Source: Nitrospinales bacterium
GTDB lineage: Bacteria; Nitrospinota; Nitrospinia; Nitrospinales; VA-1
Direction: 5' to 3'
Length of the DNA stretch: 64,000 nt
Assembly (NCBI GenBank): GCA_965223345.1
Contig: CBDCWG010000012.1
Span: 1,888,001-1,952,000, forward strand
Shown: positions 42,749 through 53,624 of the stretch, in pieces
Position numbering within the stretch: position 1 is the first letter of the stretch
How the letters are laid out: the number at the start of each line of letters is the position of its first letter
Notes under the pieces: model-generated
What the model was told of the DNA's origin: nothing
What the model saw: only the letters and a program-made list of their open reading frames with translations
Databases searched by the model: none
Translations under genes and position numbers: made by a program

Positions 42749-43954
42749 ATGAAAGCCGTCATCCTGGCTGCCGGAAAAGGATCGAACCTGAATCCGTTTT
42801 CCACCACACGTCCTCTGCCCATGCTGCGCGTGGCCGGCCGCACGCTGTTCGACAACTCCCTCGATCTGTTGCAGCAGTCCGGCATCAACGACATCTTCGT
42901 CGTCGTCGAGCACCAGAAGGAAAAGCTGATCCAGGAGATCGGCGAGCACGTGAACAACGGCTTCAACCTGCATTACGTCGAGCAGGGCAAAAGCTCCGGC
43001 ATCGGCAACGCTGTGCTGAAGGTGAAAAACAAGATCGCGCACGGCGAGTATTTCCTGCTCATCTACGGCGACACGGTCACGGCGGCGAACATCTTCACCA
43101 AAATCCAGCAGTCGTTTCACGCTTTCAAATGCCCGGTGGCCTCGATCTGCCTGCCGACCTCGAACGAGATGTTCGGCAACGTGTTTTTGAACGCGCACAT
43201 GAAGATCACCAAGATCATCGAAAAGCCCAAGAGCGAGGATCTCGGTAACTACGTGCTGTCGGGGGTTTACATCCTGCCCAGCTCGTTTTTCAAGACGCTG
43301 GAAGCGGCCAACGGCTCGATGGAAAAAGCCCTCAAGAAAATGGTGGAGACCGAAGGATTGATGGCTTCGATGTGGGAAGAGGAATGGCTCGATATCGTGC
43401 ACCCGTGGGAGATCCTCAAGGCCAACAAGATCATCATGGATTCCTGGCAGACCTCCTCCATCGCGCAGACGGCGGTGCTGGAATCGAACGTCACCATGCA
43501 GGGCACGGTGGTCATCGAGGACGACGTGGTGGTCAAGGCGGGGGCGGTGCTGGAAGGGCCCTGCTGCATCGGCAAGGGCAGCTACATCGGCAACAACTCG
43601 CTGATCCGCAGCTACACGTCACTGGGGCAGAACTGTTCGGTGGGCTACGGCGTGGAACTGAAAAACTGCGTGGTGCTGGACAACTCCCACATCGGGCGGC
43701 TGTCGTTCATCGGCGACAGCGTATTGGGTGAGAAAGTCGATGTGGGTGCGGGCTGCATGACGGTGAACCGGTCGGTGGACTGGAAACCGATCGCCGTGAA
43801 GAACGGCACGAAAAAAGTGGATTCCGGGAGCGTGAAGCTGGGCGCGTTTATCGGCGATGAGGTGGTGATCGGCGCGGGCAACACGATCCAGCCGGGTACG
43901 GTGGTGCGGCCGGGCAAGATCCTGCCGGCGTTTTATTCTGTCAAAACTAACTGA
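42749..43954 (+). CDS. Archaeal-type bifunctional GlmU-like protein (NTP-transferase fold + left-handed beta-helix acetyltransferase)
   Basis: MKAVILAAG N-terminus, WLDIVHPWEIL linker, hexapeptide repeats, VELKN...LSFIGDSVLG...GAG...KLGAFIGD. Confidence 0.85.
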   Translation: MKAVILAAGKGSNLNPFSTTRPLPMLRVAGRTLFDNSLDLLQQSGINDIFVVVEHQKEKLIQEIGEHVNNGFNLHYVEQGKSSGIGNAVLKVKNKIAHGEYFLLIYGDTVTAANIFTKIQQSFHAFKCPVASICLPTSNEMFGNVFLNAHMKITKIIEKPKSEDLGNYVLSGVYILPSSFFKTLEAANGSMEKALKKMVETEGLMASMWEEEWLDIVHPWEILKANKIIMDSWQTSSIAQTAVLESNVTMQGTVVIEDDVVVKAGAVLEGPCCIGKGSYIGNNSLIRSYTSLGQNCSVGYGVELKNCVVLDNSHIGRLSFIGDSVLGEKVDVGAGCMTVNRSVDWKPIAVKNGTKKVDSGSVKLGAFIGDEVVIGAGNTIQPGTVVRPGKILPAFYSVKTN

Positions 43955-43973
43955 ATCTGATTCGAGTCGCTCT

Positions 43974-45794
43974 ATGTGTGGTATCAGCGGTGTGGTGGGG
44001 TTGAACAACATATCCGAAACGCTGTTCGAGGGCATCCGCAGTCTCGAGTACCGGGGCTACGATTCCTGCGGCGTCGCCATGATGAACGGCAAATCCCTGC
44101 TCATCAAAAAGAACGTTGGCGGCGTGGAGGAATGCTTCCGCAAGGAAAACATCCTGTCGCACAGCAGCAAGATCGGCATCGCGCACACCCGCTGGGCGAC
44201 GCACGGAAAGGTGACGCGCGACAACACGCATCCCTTTCCCTCCTGCGACGGCCGCTTTGCGGTGGTGCACAACGGCATCATCTCCAATTACCGCCCGCTC
44301 CGGGAACAGCTCAAGGCGGATGGGCACACATTCACATCCGAAACCGACACGGAAGTCATTCCGCACCTTTTGGAGAAATTCTACAAACAGACCAAGAATC
44401 CGGAAAAAGCCCTGATCAAGGTGCTGCATCTTCTGGAAGGCACCTTCGCGCTGGCGTTCATCACCTCTTACGCTCCGGGGCAGATCTTCTGCGCCAAGCG
44501 GGAATCCCCGCTGATGCTGGGGATCGGGGATGAGGCCAAGTACATCGGTTCCGACTTCAACGCCTTCATCGACCAGACCAAAAACGCCATCATCATCGAC
44601 GACGGCGAGTACGCCATCGTGACGCGGGACTCCTACATCGTGAAAAATGCGCTGACGGGGGAGGAGATCGCCAAGGAGATCACCAAAATCGCCTGGGACA
44701 GCGAGACCTCGAAAAAGGGCGGCTATCCGCACTACATGCTGAAAGAGATCTACGAGCAGCCGCAAACCGTGACCACAGCATTGGAGCAGGACCCGGCGGC
44801 CACGGAAGAAGTGGCCGAGATGATCTTAAGCAGCGACAAAACCCATCTGGTGGGTGTGGGCACGACCTTTTACGTGGCCAACTACGGCAACTACATTTTT
44901 TCCAGCCTGGCCGGCGAGTATTTGCCGACGATCAGCTCCGATGAGTTCATCTCGCTGGCGAATGTGGACAAGAACAGCATGGTGATGGCGATGTCGCAGT
45001 CCGGCGAAACCTACGACACGCTTTCGGCGCTCAAGCACGCCAAGGCGCAGGGCGCGAAGACCGCCGCCGTCGTCAACGTGATGGGCTCCTCGATCGCGCG
45101 GCTGGTGGACAAGGTCATCCTGCAGGGCTCCGGCCCGGAGATCTGCGTCATCAGCACCAAGGCGGCGCTCTCGCAGATGCTCATCCTGACCCTGATCGCG
45201 CTGAAGCTGGCGGTGAAGAAAAAGGTCATGACGAAAAAGGTGTACAACAAAAACATGGCGGCGCTCAAAGAGCTGCCCAGCATCATTCAGAGCATCCTCA
45301 ACGAGCGCTCCGGCTTCATCCACCGCATCGCCAACCGCTACTGCAAGACCCGGCACTGGCTGTACCTGGGGCGCGGCATCTATTATCCCATCGCCCTGGA
45401 ATCCGCGCTCAAGATGAAGGAAGTGGCCTACGTGCACGCCGAGGGCATGCCCGGCGGCTTCCTCAAGCACGGCACGCTGGCGATGATCGATCAGGACATC
45501 TACTCGATCGTGTTCATTCCGCCGAAAGAGGACAAGCAGCTGTACGAGGCGACGCTGCACAGCGTCGAGGAAATCCGCGCGCGCGCCGGTTTCGTGCTCG
45601 GCATCCATTTCGACGAGCGCGGCAAGAACAAGGACCTGTTCAGTGAAGAGCTGATCCTGCCCACCGTGCCGCCCATCATCGCGCCGTTGATCCAGATGGT
45701 CATCGGCCAGTTATTCTCCTACTTCACCGCCACCAGCCTCAAGCGCAACGTGGACAAACCGCGCTCCCTCGCCAAGTCGGTGACCGTGGGTTAA
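43974..45794 (+). CDS. glmS: Glutamine-fructose-6-phosphate aminotransferase
   Basis: MCGI, LEYRGYDS, HTRWATHG, SQSGET, PRSLAKSVTV. Confidence 0.98.
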   Translation: MCGISGVVGLNNISETLFEGIRSLEYRGYDSCGVAMMNGKSLLIKKNVGGVEECFRKENILSHSSKIGIAHTRWATHGKVTRDNTHPFPSCDGRFAVVHNGIISNYRPLREQLKADGHTFTSETDTEVIPHLLEKFYKQTKNPEKALIKVLHLLEGTFALAFITSYAPGQIFCAKRESPLMLGIGDEAKYIGSDFNAFIDQTKNAIIIDDGEYAIVTRDSYIVKNALTGEEIAKEITKIAWDSETSKKGGYPHYMLKEIYEQPQTVTTALEQDPAATEEVAEMILSSDKTHLVGVGTTFYVANYGNYIFSSLAGEYLPTISSDEFISLANVDKNSMVMAMSQSGETYDTLSALKHAKAQGAKTAAVVNVMGSSIARLVDKVILQGSGPEICVISTKAALSQMLILTLIALKLAVKKKVMTKKVYNKNMAALKELPSIIQSILNERSGFIHRIANRYCKTRHWLYLGRGIYYPIALESALKMKEVAYVHAEGMPGGFLKHGTLAMIDQDIYSIVFIPPKEDKQLYEATLHSVEEIRARAGFVLGIHFDERGKNKDLFSEELILPTVPPIIAPLIQMVIGQLFSYFTATSLKRNVDKPRSLAKSVTVG

Positions 45795-45829
45795 CCACGG
45801 CGGTTTCCCGCAAGACGCTTCCTTTCCGC

Positions 45830-45858
45830 TTGACGGACTCACGCTACCTGCATACAGT
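45830..45858 (+). promoter_or_regulatory. Possible sigma70 promoter of the CARDB lipoprotein
   Basis: TTGACG, 17 nt, TACAGT; GGAGGA RBS downstream. Confidence 0.45.
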
Positions 45859-45893
45859 GGTGGCTCCACCGTACCCACTCTTGGAGGAGAACC

Positions 45894-46340
45894 ATGAATT
45901 TCTGTAAATCCATCATCGGGATCGTTTTGTGTGGATCGTTCGCACTGTTGACCGGCTGCGCGACGAGCACCGTATCGAGCGACAAGCCGGACCTCATCCC
46001 CGAGCGGCGCTCGGGAGGTAACGGACCGGAGGCCTATTGCCGCCGCAGCGGCGACAACGAACTGGAAGTGGTGGTGCGCAACCAGAGCGGCGTGGACGCC
46101 ACGAAAGCGTCGAAGACCCAGGTCAAATATTCCTCCGGCGGCGATTTCAAAAAGCCCACCGACGCGCTGGCGGGCGGCGCGTCGGATGAAGTTTCCTTCC
46201 CGTTGCCGGGAAGCTGCTTCAACCCGGACTGCCGCTTCACGATTCAGGTGGATGCGGACAACGAGATCGAAGAGAGCCACCGCGACGCCCCGGATGAGCA
46301 CGAGTTCAACAACAAAGTGGAAGGGGTGTGTGTTGGGTGA
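45894..46340 (+). CDS. Lipoprotein with CARDB-like Ig domain
   Basis: LTGC lipobox; PDL...VVRNQ...VDADNEIEES...NN pattern. Confidence 0.8.
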   Translation: MNFCKSIIGIVLCGSFALLTGCATSTVSSDKPDLIPERRSGGNGPEAYCRRSGDNELEVVVRNQSGVDATKASKTQVKYSSGGDFKKPTDALAGGASDEVSFPLPGSCFNPDCRFTIQVDADNEIEESHRDAPDEHEFNNKVEGVCVG

Positions 46341-46463
46341 GTGTAATTTCAAAAAAAACAATATTTTGTCAAGATTGGGAGATTGTTAGTTCCTGTTAAA
46401 AGTAGTAGAATAAAAGTATGCACAAAGAAGAACAATACTTTTTCACCTAAAAAGTAAAATCTT

Positions 46464-47339
46464 GTGTTGGAATTGAAATATCCTAAGGTTCAAAGCCTTG
46501 CATGGTCAAACAAATTATTCGATTTGTATCACACTGCTAGGAATACGCGTGAAGAAGAAATAAGGTTCGATTTTAGCAAAACCATTTCACTAACGCCTTT
46601 TAGCATTATTTTGATAACGGCTACAGTTGAGGAATGTATTCGAAATGGGAAAAAATGTTTTTATCGAGCTCCAAAGAATCGAAGGTTGAGGGAGTTTTTA
46701 AGAGATATAGGTTTTATTGAATTTTGGAACTTATCGGAAGAGGAATTTGATAGTAAAAGGATCCAATCTCCTAACATCCAGCTCAGAAAATTAAAAGGTT
46801 TGAACCCTCTTTTTATCGATGAAATTATTGAAGTTTTTGATTTTCATCTGAATTTGTCTGAGGGTGTTAGAGGATCTCTTAAAGTGAGCTTGTCAGAAAC
46901 TATGCAAAATGTTGTTACCCACAGTGAAAGTGATGGGTATTACATTTGTGCATGGAGTAACAAAAGGAAAAAACAGCTTCAGCTATGTATATCTGATCTT
47001 GGAATTGGTATATTATCCTCTCTTCAATCAAGCGAAGAATATTCGTTTTTATCAAACCATCATCGAGCAATTCGATTGGCCACTGAGGAAGGTGTGACTT
47101 CTCGCCCATCGAGAAACGCAGGTCTTGGTTTGAATCACATAAAAAACTTTATTTCTATAAATAAAGGAAAAATGTGCATTATTTCTGGAAATGGGAAAGT
47201 ATTTTGGAAATTTGATCAGGGAAAGATTCTTGAGCAGGATATGAAAATTCCATTCTCTGGGACTGTGATTAAATTAGAAATAAATACAGATAGGGAAGGG
47301 TATTATTTTCTTGCAACGGAAAATGAATTCTTATTTTAA
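46464..47339 (+). CDS. STAS-like + HATPase_c (GHKL) ATP-binding protein, AT-rich
   Basis: N-terminal FDFS...TP...IGF; ETMQNVVTH N-box, ISDLGIG, AGLGL, GT boxes. Confidence 0.85.
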   Translation: MLELKYPKVQSLAWSNKLFDLYHTARNTREEEIRFDFSKTISLTPFSIILITATVEECIRNGKKCFYRAPKNRRLREFLRDIGFIEFWNLSEEEFDSKRIQSPNIQLRKLKGLNPLFIDEIIEVFDFHLNLSEGVRGSLKVSLSETMQNVVTHSESDGYYICAWSNKRKKQLQLCISDLGIGILSSLQSSEEYSFLSNHHRAIRLATEEGVTSRPSRNAGLGLNHIKNFISINKGKMCIISGNGKVFWKFDQGKILEQDMKIPFSGTVIKLEINTDREGYYFLATENEFLF

Positions 47340-47345
47340 AAAATT

Positions 47346-47717
47346 ATGAAAATTAATTTAAAGAAAAATTGTAGTGGGCAAACCATTACACGAGAAGATG
47401 GGGAAAAAATTTATAAGATGGTTAGAGATGCCTGGCCTCTTGAGAATAAAATAATTATTGATTTTAGTAATATATTGGTAGCTTCCGTTTCGTTTATGGA
47501 TCAAGCATTTGGGAAATTAGCATTTAATTTTCCAAGAGACGAGTTGGTCAAAAAGCTTCAATTTAAAAATATAAACAACTACGATAGAGCTTTGCTTAAT
47601 GATATTTTGATATCAAGGTATAATCAAAAAGCATTAGGGCAAAATGGAGTTTCAAAAGGCAGTAGGTCAACAAAAAGAAGAAGAATAACAATAAGAGAAA
47701 ATAAGCGATCGGCTTGA
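47346..47717 (+). CDS. STAS-like domain protein (DUF4325-like), AT-rich
   Basis: TREDG...IIIDFSNI..ASVSFMDQAFGKL. Confidence 0.85.
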   Translation: MKINLKKNCSGQTITREDGEKIYKMVRDAWPLENKIIIDFSNILVASVSFMDQAFGKLAFNFPRDELVKKLQFKNINNYDRALLNDILISRYNQKALGQNGVSKGSRSTKRRRITIRENKRSA

Positions 47718-47997
47718 CGAGTTAAGAAAATTCAGCTAAAGATGGGCCATCAGGGCTCTTTGTAATAACTTTCTATTTACACTTTAACATTCCTACCTCT
47801 GTTTTATTCCTCTACGCCCTGCTTTCTTCCGGATTTCCCATTCTTTTCAACAATTTGTTGCCAAGGCAAATCGGGGTTTGCTAGAGTGATCGTTTTTCCC
47901 ATTCAAACCCGATATCCGGATTGCGGGGCAGGGCGTATGGGGCCCTAGCCGTGTTTTTTCGGCAGCGTCCTGTTCCGCATTTTTTATTTCTCTAGCT

Positions 47998-49368
47998 ATG
48001 GCAAAGAAAAACTCGACGATAAAAACCGCGCTGACGATCGCCGGTTCCGATCCGAGCGGCGGTGCGGGGATTCAGGCGGACCTCAAAACCTTTGCAGCGC
48101 ACGGGGTGTTCGGCCTGTCGGTGGTCGCGGCCATCACCGCCCAGAACACGCGCGGTGTGGTGAGCACGCACGACCTGCCGGCGAGAGTGCTGGAGGGCCA
48201 GCTCGAGGCGGTGTTCGCGGACAAGAAACCGCTTGCCGTCAAAACGGGCATGCTCGGCAACGAGGCGCTGGTCGAGACGGTGGCGCGGCTGCTCAAGCGC
48301 CATAAGGTGAAAGCGCTGGTGGTCGATCCGGTGATCCTTTCCTCCAACGGCAAGGAGTTGCTGTCGCCTGCGGGGGTGGAGGCGGTGAAAAAGCGGCTGC
48401 TGCCGCTGGCGCAGCTGGTGACGCCCAACCTGAAGGAAGCGGAGGTGCTGGCGGGCGTTTCCATAAAAAAAACCGCCGACCGTTTGAAAGCGGCGAAGGC
48501 CATCCTGAAAGCGGGAGCGAAACGGGTGCTGATCAAGGGCGGGCACCTGAAAGGCGATCCGGAGGATTTTTTCTTCGACGGCAAGCAGTTGTTCACCCTC
48601 AAATCGCCGCGGCTGACGGATGAGGACCCGCACGGCACGGGCTGCGTGCTTTCGGCGGCCATCGCCGCCGGGCTGGCGAACGGTCAGAAAATCGAGGAGG
48701 CGGTGCGTGCGGCCAAGGACTTCATCGGCCAGGCGATCACAGGAGGTGTGCGCTCGGGCGATGGGGCGCTCAACGTCAATCCGCTCGCGCCCCTGTATCA
48801 GAGCGGCGAGCGGCTGGACCTGTTCCAGAGGATGACGCGGGCGGTGGAAACGCTGAAGCGCGAGCGCATCGGCGACCTGGTGCCGGAGGTGCAGTCCAAC
48901 ATCGGCATGGGGCTGGTGGGTGCGCGCCGCGAGGCGGATGTGATCGGCATTCCCGGGCGCATCATCAAGCTGGGGCCGGACATCCACACGCTGGCGGCGC
49001 CGGAGTTCGGCGGCTCGCGCCACGTGGCCCATATCGTGTTGACGCTGATGCGCCACGATCCTTCGAAGCGGGCGGTGATGAACATCAAATACACGGACGC
49101 GCTGCTGAAGATCTGCAAAAAGCTGAAATTCAGGCTCGCCTCGTTCGACCGCGCCGACGAACCGAAAAAGGTGCGGGAGGTGGAAGGCTCGTCGCTGGAA
49201 TGGGGCACCGATCACGCGGTGCGCGGCTTCGGCTCGGTGCCGGACATCATTTACGATCTGGGCGGTTTTGGCAAGGAGGAGATGATCCGGGTGATCGCGG
49301 AGGACCTGGAGTCGCTGGTGGAGAAAGTGCTCAAAATCCACCGCCTGCACAAAAAGGCCAAAGGGTAG
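47998..49368 (+). CDS. thiD: HMP/HMP-P kinase ThiD fused to ThiN-type thiamine-phosphate synthase
   Basis: AGSDPSGGAGIQADLKT, HGTGC; C-terminal PEVQSN, GRI, PEFGGSRHVA, MNIKY, PDIIYDLGGFGKE. Confidence 0.93.
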   Translation: MAKKNSTIKTALTIAGSDPSGGAGIQADLKTFAAHGVFGLSVVAAITAQNTRGVVSTHDLPARVLEGQLEAVFADKKPLAVKTGMLGNEALVETVARLLKRHKVKALVVDPVILSSNGKELLSPAGVEAVKKRLLPLAQLVTPNLKEAEVLAGVSIKKTADRLKAAKAILKAGAKRVLIKGGHLKGDPEDFFFDGKQLFTLKSPRLTDEDPHGTGCVLSAAIAAGLANGQKIEEAVRAAKDFIGQAITGGVRSGDGALNVNPLAPLYQSGERLDLFQRMTRAVETLKRERIGDLVPEVQSNIGMGLVGARREADVIGIPGRIIKLGPDIHTLAAPEFGGSRHVAHIVLTLMRHDPSKRAVMNIKYTDALLKICKKLKFRLASFDRADEPKKVREVEGSSLEWGTDHAVRGFGSVPDIIYDLGGFGKEEMIRVIAEDLESLVEKVLKIHRLHKKAKG

Positions 49369-49398
49369 GGCGGATGCCCTCCGCGTGAGGAAATTCTT

Positions 49399-51327
49399 TT
49401 AAAGCAAGGTCTTGTCGATCTTGATGGTGGATTTTTCCCGCAGGCTGCGGAACCAGTCCAGGAAGACGATGTTGCCTTTTTCCTGTTTCAGCCGGGTGGT
49501 GATGGTTTTGATCTGTTCTTCCGTCGGTTCGCCGGCTTCTTCCCGATCGGCCAGCTTGATCAGGTAATGCTTGCGCAGCGCCGAGATGGCGGCGGTCTGG
49601 CCTTTGTCCAGCAGGAAGGCCTTGTCCTTGATTTTCTGGATATCGCCGATTCCTGGGATGGAATCCTCGAGACTGAAGAAGGGGGTGCGCTGAACGTCCG
49701 CTCCGGTTTCCTTGGCGATCTTTTCCAAGTCCGGGTCCTTTTCCAGTTTTTCCGCCAATTGCTTGAATTTTTTGCTGGTGAACTCCTCGTTGCGTTGTTC
49801 GCTGAGCTTCGCCTCGACTTCTTCCCGCACCGCATCCAGTTCCGGAATGAACGCCGGTTTGCGTTCCACCACTTTCACCAGATAGGAGCCATTGGGTGTG
49901 AGGATGGGCTCGCTCACCTTATTGTCCGGCAGAATGAACGCGGCGTTGAAAAACTCCGGTACGGTGCCGATGTCGGGGATGTCCCGCTTCTGCCGCGAGA
50001 AAAAGCCGGAAGTCTTGACTTCCACCTTCTGCTCGGCCGCCGCGGTGGCCAGGTCCTTGCCTGCCTCGATGGATTTGTGGATCCGTTTCACCACCCGGCG
50101 GGACCGCTGCCGCGACTTGGTGGCCTTGATGGCCTGAATCAGCGAATCCTTGACCTCGGACAGGGGCTTGGTGCGCGCTTCTTTTTTCTCGTCCAGACGG
50201 ACGAGATGATACCCGAATGGCGTTTTCACCGGCTCGCTGAGTTCGCCGGGCTTCAGCTTTTCGAGCGCCTCCTCGAACTCCGGCGTCATGGTGCCCGCCG
50301 GGAATTCCCCCAGGCTGCCGCCCTTTTCGCCGGAGGCGGGGTCGTCGGAGATCTTTTCCGCCAATGTTTCGAATTTTTCGCCTGCCTGGATCTTTTTCAA
50401 CGCCTCTTCGGCTTCCTTCAAAGCCGCCTGTTCGGAATCTTTTTGTTTTTCCTCGTCTGTGCCTTCTTCCAGCTTGGAGGGTTCGAGCTGAAACAGGATG
50501 TGGCTCGCACGGTACCGCTTTTCCACTCGATAATTGCCGAGGTTTGATTCATAATAGTCCTGAATGTCCTCTTCCCGGGGGGTGATGTCCGCCTCGAAAT
50601 CCTTGGGCGTCACCTTCACATACTGGACCTTGATTTGGTCCGGGACTTCAAATTGGATCTTGTTCTTTTCGTAATAATCCTTTAAATTTTCTTCTGAGGG
50701 CTTCTGTTTGCTTTTGAAGTGGTCCTCGGCAAAAGCGATGTATTCCAGTTTCACCGTTTCCTCTTCCCGTTTGAACGCCTCCATCACTTCACTTCTGGAA
50801 ACCAGCGTGCTGTTTTTGATGATATTTTCCAGTTTCTCGAGGGTGAGGGATTCGCGGATGCTGTTTTCGAACTGCAGGGGAGACAGGCGCTGCGATTGTA
50901 AATAGTTGTTGTAATAGGTCTCGTTGAACTGGTTGTCTTTCTGGAACAGGGCGGATTGTTTGATGTTGTCGATCACTTCCGCGTCGCTCACGCGGATGTC
51001 CTGGTTGTCCGCCTCCCTGAGAAGCAGTTTCTGCTGAATCAGGCTGTCGAGCGCCTGGCTTTTGAGGTCCAGCCTCTGGATCATGTCCTCGGAGAACTGG
51101 CTGCGGAACTGCTGCCGGTAGAAATTGACCAGGTTGTTGAAGCTCCGGTCGTATTCGCTGAAACTGATTTTTTGCCCGTCAACGGTCGCGACCACGCCGC
51201 CCCGGGAACCCGTGGCGCCGCCCATGCCCCATGAATAGAAAATAGTGCCCACAAAGGCGAAAATGATCACCCACAGAACGGTCTTGACCAACCAGGAACT
51301 TTGATGTTCTCGAATCAAATTCAGCAT
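49399..51327 (-). CDS. ppiD: PpiD/SurA-type peptidyl-prolyl isomerase chaperone
   Basis: N-terminal TM, SurA-like domain, parvulin ASHIL...SDDPAS...GGSLG...TPFGYHLV. Confidence 0.88.
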   Translation of the reverse strand: MLNLIREHQSSWLVKTVLWVIIFAFVGTIFYSWGMGGATGSRGGVVATVDGQKISFSEYDRSFNNLVNFYRQQFRSQFSEDMIQRLDLKSQALDSLIQQKLLLREADNQDIRVSDAEVIDNIKQSALFQKDNQFNETYYNNYLQSQRLSPLQFENSIRESLTLEKLENIIKNSTLVSRSEVMEAFKREEETVKLEYIAFAEDHFKSKQKPSEENLKDYYEKNKIQFEVPDQIKVQYVKVTPKDFEADITPREEDIQDYYESNLGNYRVEKRYRASHILFQLEPSKLEEGTDEEKQKDSEQAALKEAEEALKKIQAGEKFETLAEKISDDPASGEKGGSLGEFPAGTMTPEFEEALEKLKPGELSEPVKTPFGYHLVRLDEKKEARTKPLSEVKDSLIQAIKATKSRQRSRRVVKRIHKSIEAGKDLATAAAEQKVEVKTSGFFSRQKRDIPDIGTVPEFFNAAFILPDNKVSEPILTPNGSYLVKVVERKPAFIPELDAVREEVEAKLSEQRNEEFTSKKFKQLAEKLEKDPDLEKIAKETGADVQRTPFFSLEDSIPGIGDIQKIKDKAFLLDKGQTAAISALRKHYLIKLADREEAGEPTEEQIKTITTRLKQEKGNIVFLDWFRSLREKSTIKIDKTLL

Positions 51328-51537
51328 TCAGTGTTCTCCATGTTCTCTAAAAAGAAGGGGGCGGCCATCATCAGCACCTACTATAAAAAACGCCGGGAGA
51401 ATTGGCAACCGTTTATGCCGAAAAGAGGATGCGGGTTTTCTACAAAGCTTTTCCGGTATTCTTCCGATAACGTAACAGGTCTGTATGATTGAAACGCTTT
51501 CGCGTGTGTTTTGAGCGGGGACGCCGATGGATTTGGC

Positions 51538-51566
51538 TTGCAATTTGAAAAACCCGCTGATATAAA
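51538..51566 (+). promoter_or_regulatory. Sigma70-type promoter of the mre operon
   Basis: TTGCAA, 17 nt, TGn-TATAAA. Confidence 0.55.
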
Positions 51567-51599
51567 ACGAACGCCATGAAAAACAAAGGGTTACGCTGA

Positions 51600-52667
<1,068 letters not shown>

Positions 52668-52669
52668 TT

Positions 52670-53617
52670 GTGGCCAGACAGGGCATCAAAGGAAAACGGC
52701 TCGTCATACTGCTGTCCCTTCTCGTGCTGTTGTCGTTCGCGCTGATGACCATCAACAGCAAACGCGACGAGGGCTCTTTTTTCCTGGAATCGCTGGTGGT
52801 CTGGGTTTTTTCTCCCATTCAGGCGTTGTTCACGCACACGGTGACCTCGATTTCCGATGTGTTCGACCATTATTTTTTCGTGGTCGATCTGTCCCATGAA
52901 AACGAGAAGCTGCAACAACGCATCGACCGGCTGCAGCGGCAGAACAACACGCTGGTGGAAACCCTGAAACAGCACGAGCGGGTCTCGAAGCTGATCGGCG
53001 CCGGAGGCAGCCCGCCGATCGGGGAAGCGCCGGTCGCGACTGCGGTGGCCCCGATCGTCGAGGGCGAGGCGGGCCCGGTTGCGGAAGGCGGGCTGGCCGA
53101 CGAGCCGGCTGCCGCAACGCCGCCCGAACAAAGCGAGGCCGCGCCGCCGGATCAATACGTGGTGGCGACGGTGATCGGCAGGGACGCCACGCAATGGTCG
53201 AAGGTGGTGATCCTCAACAAGGGCACCACAGACGGGGTCCGCCCGAATCTCGCTGTGGTCACCGACGCGGGGGTCATCGGGCACGTGATCCAGGCTTCCG
53301 GCGGCTCCGCCAAGGTGTTGCTGATCACGGACGGCCGCAGCGCGGTGGATTCCCTGTTCCAGGAGTCGCGCGTCACCGGCGTGGTGGTGGGCACCGGGGA
53401 CGATTACGGCGAGATGAAATACGTCCCCAAGGAAGCGGAAGTGCATGTGGGCGACAAGGTGCTTTCGTCCGGGCTCGGAGGGACTTTCCCGAAAGGGCTG
53501 CGGATCGGCGTCGTTACCAATGTGATCAAAAAAAAGCAGGGCCTGTTCCAGGACATCCTCATCGCCCCGAGCGCCGATCTGACCCGCCTGGAGGAAGTCC
53601 TCATCCTCCTTTCCTGA
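52670..53617 (+). CDS. mreC: Rod shape-determining protein MreC
   Basis: N-terminal TM, coiled coil, NKG..DGV, SSGLGGTFPKGL. Confidence 0.93.
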   Translation: MARQGIKGKRLVILLSLLVLLSFALMTINSKRDEGSFFLESLVVWVFSPIQALFTHTVTSISDVFDHYFFVVDLSHENEKLQQRIDRLQRQNNTLVETLKQHERVSKLIGAGGSPPIGEAPVATAVAPIVEGEAGPVAEGGLADEPAAATPPEQSEAAPPDQYVVATVIGRDATQWSKVVILNKGTTDGVRPNLAVVTDAGVIGHVIQASGGSAKVLLITDGRSAVDSLFQESRVTGVVVGTGDDYGEMKYVPKEAEVHVGDKVLSSGLGGTFPKGLRIGVVTNVIKKKQGLFQDILIAPSADLTRLEEVLILLS

Positions 53618-53624
53618 TACCGGC

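Noticed and set aside
45740..45900. Tn7 insertion at attTn7 downstream of glmS
   Set aside because: The glmS 3' end is present and accessory genes follow, but no Tn7-like ends, target duplication or tns genes were recognisable.
47830..47997. TPP riboswitch upstream of thiD
   Set aside because: The conserved CUGAGA and downstream core motifs were not found.
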